In this document: positions 47,902 to 54,253 of the stretch, piece after piece | Layout: each line of letters starts with the position of its first letter | How positions within the stretch are numbered: the first letter of the stretch is position 1 | IMG/VR virus record: IMGVR_UViG_3300017589_000044 | Coordinates: 1 to 54,253 of that record | Length of the DNA: 54,253 nt | Source of the DNA: a virus | Taxonomy: Duplodnaviria > Caudoviricetes | Strand: one strand, 5' to 3' | Made by a program: the position numbers and the translations under genes | The notes under the pieces: generated by a model | What the model was told of the DNA's origin: nothing | Seen by the model: only the letters and a program-made list of their open reading frames with translations | Database searches by the model: none

Positions 47902-47941
47902 TAAAATGATTATTTTAATTATATAAGAAAGGAGGAATATT

Positions 47942-49039
47942 ATGGCGTTAATGACAGGGGCTGTCTCCCCTACCCTATATTCAGTAGTTCCATTTGATGC
48001 TACAAAGAATTGTGAATTTACATTTACATATTCTGGTTCACAAGTATTTGCGAGTAAATTAACTGTTAGAAAAAACGACACAAACGCGATAATTTACGAT
48101 ACAAAAATTACGTCTATGAAGTTATCACATATACTTCCGTCTAACGTCTTAGCGAATGGTACGACTTATAATGCCACTATTGTCACATATGATGTAAATT
48201 ATAACTACTCGTATGACAGTAATTCTATTGTATTTACTTGTTTTACAACTCCAATTGTATCTTTTTCAAATCTTAGTAACAATGATGTGATCAGGAGTGA
48301 ATCTATCAATTTAATATTATCATATAGTCAGGCACAAAACGAGCCATTAAATGAGTATAGGATTCATTTATTAGATTTCGGTGGAAATGAGATATACAAC
48401 ACAGGAATTAGATATGTTGCAAAAGATGGATTGACTTCTAGTATCGTAGGATTCTCAGATAACAAATCTTATTCAATGTATGCTGATGGCAAAACTTTAA
48501 ATGGAATGGAAATTCGTATGATAGGAGTTCCGTTCACAGTAGAGTATATTCGACCAGATACATTTATGCCTGTTACTTTAGAGAATATTCCAGAAGAAGG
48601 AAGTGTAAAAATAACATCAAATTTTGTGTTACAAGAAGCAGATGAAGATGTTAGTAATTATACTTTTATTGATGGGAAAATGATTGATTTATCAAATGGT
48701 AAAAAAGTTACTTTTAGCAAAGGATACAATGTTGCAAACAATTTTACTATACAATGGGACTTGAAAAAACCAGAAGATTTTACAACTCTTTCGATTATGA
48801 AAAGTGGTAAATATAACATTACAGTCACATGGAACAAAGGAGATTTTGAAGGATACGGAAATTCTTGTTATGCTGAATTGATTGCGGAAGGAAGTAAATT
48901 GGGAACAGAAACGTTAAGATATATTTTGCAAAGCAATTTAATCCCCTATCCTTTAGATTCAGACTATATTGACTATTTTGTAAGAAAGAAAGATGGATTA
49001 TTTGAATTGATTATTAAAAACTTAGGAGGTGTTATTTAA
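47942..49039 (+). CDS. Baseplate/distal tail protein
   Basis: RBS AAGGAGG; beta-rich; follows TMP. Confidence 0.6.
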   Translation: MALMTGAVSPTLYSVVPFDATKNCEFTFTYSGSQVFASKLTVRKNDTNAIIYDTKITSMKLSHILPSNVLANGTTYNATIVTYDVNYNYSYDSNSIVFTCFTTPIVSFSNLSNNDVIRSESINLILSYSQAQNEPLNEYRIHLLDFGGNEIYNTGIRYVAKDGLTSSIVGFSDNKSYSMYADGKTLNGMEIRMIGVPFTVEYIRPDTFMPVTLENIPEEGSVKITSNFVLQEADEDVSNYTFIDGKMIDLSNGKKVTFSKGYNVANNFTIQWDLKKPEDFTTLSIMKSGKYNITVTWNKGDFEGYGNSCYAELIAEGSKLGTETLRYILQSNLIPYPLDSDYIDYFVRKKDGLFELIIKNLGGVI

Positions 49040-49938
49040 TGTTTTTCTTAGGTGGCACATTTCTAGCAAGTCCAGAAACATTACAAAATACAATTACAGA
49101 TATAAAAGATGTTAATAGTATTGTTGTTCAAAATGGGATTTATGATAATTTATATGTAACAAGAGACGTTGAAAGTGACTATACGACAACTACAAGAGAA
49201 GGAACATGGGATTACGATACTGTACTCAATGCAAGTTTTAATGGGGATTTACAATGTGGTAATGTTTATTTTGTATTAAATAATACATCATTGATTCGTA
49301 TTAGAAGACGTATATATGACGAGTTTGATTGGCTTTCTCTAGTAGATATTCCAACTACAACAAAAGAAAGTTTAACATTTGAATTCTATGACAGGATAGC
49401 ACGAGCAAAAGAAAAATATGAATATGCCCTCGTTCCTGTAACAAACGGAATTGAAGGAGATTATAATGTAAATTCAGTTGATACAGATTTCAAAGGAATC
49501 TTTTTAGTTGAACCAGATGTGGTATATCACACTGAAACAAATATTGATCCAATTGAAACACAGAGGAATTCTTCTGGCATTTCAGTTGAAACTCGTGGTA
49601 GAAAATATCCAAAAGTTTTTCATAACAGTGAAAGTAATTATGAAACAGGCTCTTTGACTGCTAGTTTTCTTGAGTACAACTTAAAGAATAAAACTTACAA
49701 TTACTATACAGACTGGAAATATAGGAAGAAATTTAAAGATTGGACAATGAATGGGAACACAAAAATGTTAAAACACGAAGATGGTAGAATGTGGATGATT
49801 TCAGTGATAGATGCAATTCCAGAGAATGAAAGAAATCATAAAAACAACATAACGAATACTATCAATTTTGTCGAATCTGGCGATGCAGAAGATAAAAAGT
49901 ATTTATATTACAATGGATTTACAAATGTTGCACCATAA
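49039..49938 (+). CDS. Distal tail (Dit-like) protein
   Basis: YEYALVP, KYP, NYETG, K.LK..DGRMW motifs; synteny. Confidence 0.6.
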   Translation: MFFLGGTFLASPETLQNTITDIKDVNSIVVQNGIYDNLYVTRDVESDYTTTTREGTWDYDTVLNASFNGDLQCGNVYFVLNNTSLIRIRRRIYDEFDWLSLVDIPTTTKESLTFEFYDRIARAKEKYEYALVPVTNGIEGDYNVNSVDTDFKGIFLVEPDVVYHTETNIDPIETQRNSSGISVETRGRKYPKVFHNSESNYETGSLTASFLEYNLKNKTYNYYTDWKYRKKFKDWTMNGNTKMLKHEDGRMWMISVIDAIPENERNHKNNITNTINFVESGDAEDKKYLYYNGFTNVAP

Positions 49939-49958
49939 TTGCAAGGAGGTGATTAAAT

Positions 49959-50774
49959 ATGGGTTGGATAAATTTAAAGAATGGAGATCAATCAGATGCT
50001 TCTCAGATAAACGGTATAGCAAATGAATTAACATCACATGAGACAGATAAATTAAATCCTCATGTTGTAACAAAAAATCAAGTCGGATTGCCGAATGTAG
50101 ATAACACAAGTGATATGAATAAGCCTATTAGTACTTTAGTAAAATCAGCACTAGATGGAAAGGCAGAAAATTCTCATAACCATCAAACATCCGATATTCT
50201 ATATTTCGATGCAGAAGTGAGTAATAATGTGAACGTATCTGCAAATACAAACTCTCGTCACACGCATACGAATAGCAATATTCTAAATAGTATTACAGAT
50301 GCTATTATTGTTAATTGGAATACCGCATACGACCACATTTCAGATTTAGCAAAACACATTTCAAGTAGCGACAGGACATTGTGGGATACAGTTAGTGAAA
50401 AAGTGGATAAAGTCACAGGAAAACAGCTATCTTCAAATGATTTTACTACTACTGAAAAAACAAAGTTATCTACTTTAAATAATTATGATGATACTGCAAT
50501 TATACAATCTTTAGCAACAAAGGCGGTTAAATCTAATGTAAAAAAAGCAAATCTACTATCAACAAATTGGGTTGACAAAAAACAAGATTTAACCATTGAC
50601 GGAATCACAACAGAGACCAAAGGAATTATAGGATTGTCGAGCGGATATGATTATTCACAAGCTGTTTCAGCACAATTAAGCTATGAAATCATTGGTAATA
50701 ACATTGTTCGCATTACTGCGAATGGTAGCGTTCCAACCGTCACTTTGGAAATCATGATTTTAGTATTAGATTAG
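49959..50774 (+). CDS. Tail-fibre/adaptor protein
   Basis: NPHVVTKNQVGLPNVDNTSDMNKPIS and GKQLSSNDFTTTEKTKL fibre repeats. Confidence 0.65.
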   Translation: MGWINLKNGDQSDASQINGIANELTSHETDKLNPHVVTKNQVGLPNVDNTSDMNKPISTLVKSALDGKAENSHNHQTSDILYFDAEVSNNVNVSANTNSRHTHTNSNILNSITDAIIVNWNTAYDHISDLAKHISSSDRTLWDTVSEKVDKVTGKQLSSNDFTTTEKTKLSTLNNYDDTAIIQSLATKAVKSNVKKANLLSTNWVDKKQDLTIDGITTETKGIIGLSSGYDYSQAVSAQLSYEIIGNNIVRITANGSVPTVTLEIMILVLD

Positions 50775-50784
50775 GAGGGTGGAA

Positions 50785-52122
50785 ATGTCAAATTTAATAA
50801 ATATTTTTCCTACTGGCGGTGGTATTAGCAACGAACTACAAGTAATTTATACTGTTTCAATGTTTGATGGCAATTCTTTAGATGGAAGCACATTAACTGT
50901 AAACGGTGTTGCTTATCCATTGAATGGAATAAGTGATAATATTACTATCGTTGGAGAAAGTGGAACAGTCCTTGTAGCAACTCTTTCTAGTAAAGTTGGA
51001 TATGTAGCAAAAGAAATAAATAACTACACGATTGATGAATCAGTACCATTAAAATTGATAAGTGCAACGTATTTAAAGCCACCAATCTTAGGCTACTACT
51101 TTGGTGAAAATCAATCAGACCCAGCCGTAACATGGTATGGAGATTGTGTTGGATTTACAGTGGAAATTGCAAGTACGATTGATGCGGTAGTAATAAACAA
51201 CTTCGATAATGTTTTCCCTTTTAATCAATTTGAAGAAGTTGCAATCGGTTCTGATGTTATGATTAAAATTCCTAAGTTTTATCACAAACATATCACACAA
51301 ACGGACACGATAGATGGGAAAACAGGACAGATTGGAGATTTAATTTCTGATATTCAGATTGATGGCAGTTGGACTATCCATGATGCTTTCCGCAAAGGTG
51401 ACGGTATTGGATATAATGACTACGTTTATATCTCAAAATATGAAACATCAAATAATAATCAATCTATTAGCGGTGCAACCGTTCAAGCTGCACAAACTCG
51501 TGCGACATTTAGAACGAACGCAAGAGCGAAAGGTAGTGGGTGGTCACAACTCGAATTTACAACATGGCACTTGCAACAGATTTTAATGACTTTAGTTCTA
51601 AAAACTCGTGATAGTCAAAGCAAAATGAAAGGCAATTATAGCGGTTCTGTTAAACCGACAGGATTGACAAATGGGGCAAAATCAACTTGTCTGCAATTAG
51701 GAAATACCGCTAGTAATTTCTATGGCATTGAAAATCCGTTCGGTAATGTTTACAAGTGGTGTGACGGTCTTAATTTCTCGGACGGGCAGATATATTGCTG
51801 TTATGACATAAGCAAATTTGCAGATGATACAGCAACAAACTATACTAGAGTTGGCTATGACAAAATTCAAACAAATGGTTATATTTCAGAATTAGGTCAT
51901 GACAGCAACCATAAAACAATTTCATTGCCAACTACTGTTATCGGGAGTGCAAGCACATATTATTGCGATTATTATTCTCAAGCGACTGGTTGGAGGGTTC
52001 CCCGTGTTGGTGGTAGTTGGGGTGATAGCGCTGTCTATGGTGTTTTCTTCTGGTTTTGCGACGTTTCTACTTCTAGCTCTAGCGCTGGTTTTGGGTCTCG
52101 CCTCGTTTTAAAACCCATTTAA
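50785..52122 (+). CDS. Tail fibre/receptor-binding protein with Mtd-like C-type-lectin C-terminus (DGR-target-like)
   Basis: YISKYE, GIENPFGNVYKWCDG, YYCDY...GGSW...G.F...FGSRL; RBS AGGAGG. Confidence 0.8.
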   Translation: MSNLINIFPTGGGISNELQVIYTVSMFDGNSLDGSTLTVNGVAYPLNGISDNITIVGESGTVLVATLSSKVGYVAKEINNYTIDESVPLKLISATYLKPPILGYYFGENQSDPAVTWYGDCVGFTVEIASTIDAVVINNFDNVFPFNQFEEVAIGSDVMIKIPKFYHKHITQTDTIDGKTGQIGDLISDIQIDGSWTIHDAFRKGDGIGYNDYVYISKYETSNNNQSISGATVQAAQTRATFRTNARAKGSGWSQLEFTTWHLQQILMTLVLKTRDSQSKMKGNYSGSVKPTGLTNGAKSTCLQLGNTASNFYGIENPFGNVYKWCDGLNFSDGQIYCCYDISKFADDTATNYTRVGYDKIQTNGYISELGHDSNHKTISLPTTVIGSASTYYCDYYSQATGWRVPRVGGSWGDSAVYGVFFWFCDVSTSSSSAGFGSRLVLKPI

Positions 52123-52140
52123 AATAGAAAGGATAATATT

Positions 52141-52416
52141 ATGACAGAGAAAAGAATTATTTACGGTACACAACAAGAAATCCCGCAAGAATGGGAAGTG
52201 ACAGACACGATTTCGTACCACAGAACGGCAATAGAACGATTGGAAAATGTGAAGTTGAATGAAAATGAAGAAAGACTTTTTACTGGTTGGAGATACGAGG
52301 AAACACAGTATACACCAGAAGAATATAAAGATATTCTAATCAAAGAACAGCAAGAAAAGATTTCATCATTGGAAATGGCTGTCTTGGGATTGATGGGAAC
52401 AAACGGAGGTGTTTAA
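52141..52416 (+). CDS. XkdW-like fibre chaperone
   Basis: W.YEE..YT.EEY; follows the fibre gene. Confidence 0.6.
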   Translation: MTEKRIIYGTQQEIPQEWEVTDTISYHRTAIERLENVKLNENEERLFTGWRYEETQYTPEEYKDILIKEQQEKISSLEMAVLGLMGTNGGV

Positions 52417-52548
52417 ATGTTCTATCCATTTTTAAAATTGATGTGGGAAGAAAAGAAAGTGTCAATAGAAAAATTAAGGACATTCGTTCCGAAATATATC
52501 AGCGAACAGGAATTTGAGCAAATCACAGGAGATAAAATGACAGTATAA
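52417..52548 (+). CDS. XkdX-like small protein (missed by the ORF track)
   Basis: RBS GGAGG; MFYPFLKLMWEEKKVSIEKLRTFVPKYISEQEFEQITG. Confidence 0.75.
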   Translation: MFYPFLKLMWEEKKVSIEKLRTFVPKYISEQEFEQITGDKMTV

Positions 52549-52590
52549 ATTCTGTTTTATGTAGTGGAAAAGGATGTGGTGATATAAAAT

Positions 52591-54201
52591 ATGGGTGCAT
52601 TTTGGGGTGATTTTGAATGGGGAATTGGTATTTGGGGAGATAACTCTCCATCCCCAATTAAACCTACTATGATCGGAAATAATATTTCTCAAGAAGATAT
52701 AAATCTGCTCATGCAATCAAATGTTAAAATAAATATAACTATTGATATTTTAAATTCAAATTTAGCGACAATTGATAATGTGGAAGGTTCTTTAATTTCT
52801 GAGAGTTTTAATGTAGATGTAGGATCTGAAATTAGAAATACAATATCGTTAAGTTTGGCTGTAACAAATAACTATCCTCGTGTTGCTGAGGATGGAGATT
52901 TTTGGCTTAACAGATATATCAGAGTCAATATAGGATTTTACAGTATTAAAACGAAAAGATATCACTGGTACAACAGAGGAATATTTGCTTTAAAAAGTTA
53001 TAATATCGACCATGGAGAAACAACAACATTAAGTATCGAAGGTGTTGATATGGTTGCCATGTATAATGGTGATTTGAATGGTAAATTGAAAGCATTGGAT
53101 ACTAAAATTCTTGCTACTGAAGGAGAAAATATAAGGACAGTTATGATTCGTACTGTAACACAATTAGGAGGAATAACAAAATATCAAATTTCAGATATGC
53201 CGAAACCAATTCCGTATGACTTAGAATTTTCCACTGGACAAACAGTCTGGGACATCATTGTTGAGTTGAGAGATTTATATATGGGTTGGGAAACATTCTT
53301 TGATTCAGATGGAACTTTTGTATGTCAACCTATTCCGACTTGTATATCAAGTCAAATCGTGTTAGACGAAACAATATTAGCGCCGTTGATTACTTCTGAT
53401 AATGGAGAAACAATAAATTGTGATATGTCTGCTGTCAGAAATTCAACTAAAGTATGGGGAAAATGTTTAGATACAGATTACTATGCAACATCCGTAACTT
53501 ATGATAATGGCACATATACTGCGACATTTAATTCCTTGCCAGTAGAAACAGATGGTAAATTATCTACTGGTGTAAAATTGGCATTTAAAGCAATGGACAC
53601 TAATGTGGCGAATCCAAAAATAAAGATAATAAACGGTACAACTACAATTGGAACATTTGATATTGTAGACGATGACAAGAAACCATTAACTGAAAATAAA
53701 ATATTAGCAAATAAGACTTACGTTTTCCGATATCGAATTGGAAGCGTTTTTTTTATGGGGCAATGGCAGATTGTAGCAATTACAAAGTTAATGAGTACAC
53801 AGCCATCTGTCGCACAAATCAATGCCATGAAGATTTTAGAACAATGTGACAATATAAACATTATTGTTGATCCCTCTTCCCCATTCTGTATTGAAAAAAT
53901 AGGTGAAAGAATGGAAGTTTTAAGTGGTGGAGATTATGACAAAATTTATTCAGACCAACTTGCTATTGAACGGTCAGAATATGATAATTGGCGGTTAGCA
54001 CGACTTACTAGTACGGTCACAATTAATGTAATCTATATTCCATTTTTACAAGGGAATTCAAAAATTAGATACACATTAGATAGTACAAAAGAAACAAAAG
54101 ATTTCATCATCAAGAAGATAAGTGGTTCATTAAATTCTGGTACTTGCAGTATCGAGATGGTAGAATTTTATCCACTTTATCCGTTCATAGTTAAAAAATA
54201 G
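52591..54201 (+). CDS. Baseplate hub/tail protein (DUF5048-like)
   Basis: IPYDLEFSTG..VWDIIVELRDLY.GWETFFD.DG.F; SPF.IEKIG. Confidence 0.65.
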   Translation: MGAFWGDFEWGIGIWGDNSPSPIKPTMIGNNISQEDINLLMQSNVKINITIDILNSNLATIDNVEGSLISESFNVDVGSEIRNTISLSLAVTNNYPRVAEDGDFWLNRYIRVNIGFYSIKTKRYHWYNRGIFALKSYNIDHGETTTLSIEGVDMVAMYNGDLNGKLKALDTKILATEGENIRTVMIRTVTQLGGITKYQISDMPKPIPYDLEFSTGQTVWDIIVELRDLYMGWETFFDSDGTFVCQPIPTCISSQIVLDETILAPLITSDNGETINCDMSAVRNSTKVWGKCLDTDYYATSVTYDNGTYTATFNSLPVETDGKLSTGVKLAFKAMDTNVANPKIKIINGTTTIGTFDIVDDDKKPLTENKILANKTYVFRYRIGSVFFMGQWQIVAITKLMSTQPSVAQINAMKILEQCDNINIIVDPSSPFCIEKIGERMEVLSGGDYDKIYSDQLAIERSEYDNWRLARLTSTVTINVIYIPFLQGNSKIRYTLDSTKETKDFIIKKISGSLNSGTCSIEMVEFYPLYPFIVKK

Positions 54202-54216
54202 AAAGGAGTGATTATC

Positions 54217-54253
54217 ATTAGCCTTACATATCCAGATTTAACACATAGTCCAT
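54217..54253 (+). CDS. Start of the next tail gene (partial)
   Basis: RBS GAAAGGAG then ATT AGC CTT ACA TAT CCA GAT; runs off the window edge. Confidence 0.5.
   Translation, partial: MSLTYPDLTHSP

Larger units (their letters stand above)
1..54253 (+). mobile_element. SPbeta-like large siphophage/prophage segment (RNA polymerase, head and tail modules)
   Basis: Gene order YonO-like RNAP, YonK/YonJ-like, HU, terminase, portal, protease/scaffold, capsid, tail tube, tyrosine recombinase, TMP follows the SPbeta yon/yom late cluster; no host housekeeping genes seen. Confidence 0.92.

Noticed and set aside
5319-52716. Numerous 60-136 aa minus-strand and off-frame ORFs overlapping long genes
   Set aside because: Shadow ORFs without RBS or motifs, overlapping well-supported genes

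Overview
A 54-kb segment of a large, AT-rich SPbeta-like siphophage or prophage of a Firmicutes host (probably Clostridia, inferred). Almost all genes are on the + strand. From left to right: a non-coding G/C-skew switch region; a Rep-like HTH gene preceded by DnaA boxes; antirepressor, ParB-like and UvrD-like genes; a YonO-type single-subunit RNA polymerase; structured RNAs and tRNA-Gly; metallophosphoesterase and HU; terminase, portal, protease/scaffold and capsid; neck and tail genes; HNH, nuclease and tyrosine-recombinase genes; tape measure (TMP); baseplate and tail-fibre genes. The main result is that the three TMP 'fragments' read as three in-frame exons (36364-38085, 38525-38845, 43073-47587; 2185 aa when spliced) separated by two group I introns. 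Intron 1 (38086-38524, 439 nt) has no ORF. Intron 2 (38846-43072, 4227 nt) has a complete ribozyme core at its 5' end, and its P10 and P9.0 pairings reach a 3' splice site about 4 kb away. It has no homing endonuclease or transposase. Its P9 region instead holds a cargo island: a GNAT toxin-antitoxin-like pair, an sRNA, an unannotated 29-aa hydrophobic peptide beside a LexA box, an HTH plus BRO/KilAC antirepressor operon, and an antisense Zn-ribbon gene. Other signals include a DGR-type adenine-depleted variable region at the end of a tail fibre, a strand-polarised TCCCCTAC motif, and repeated E-[ILV]-N sites that may be protease cleavage sites. All calls were made by eye from motifs and synteny; no searches were run.
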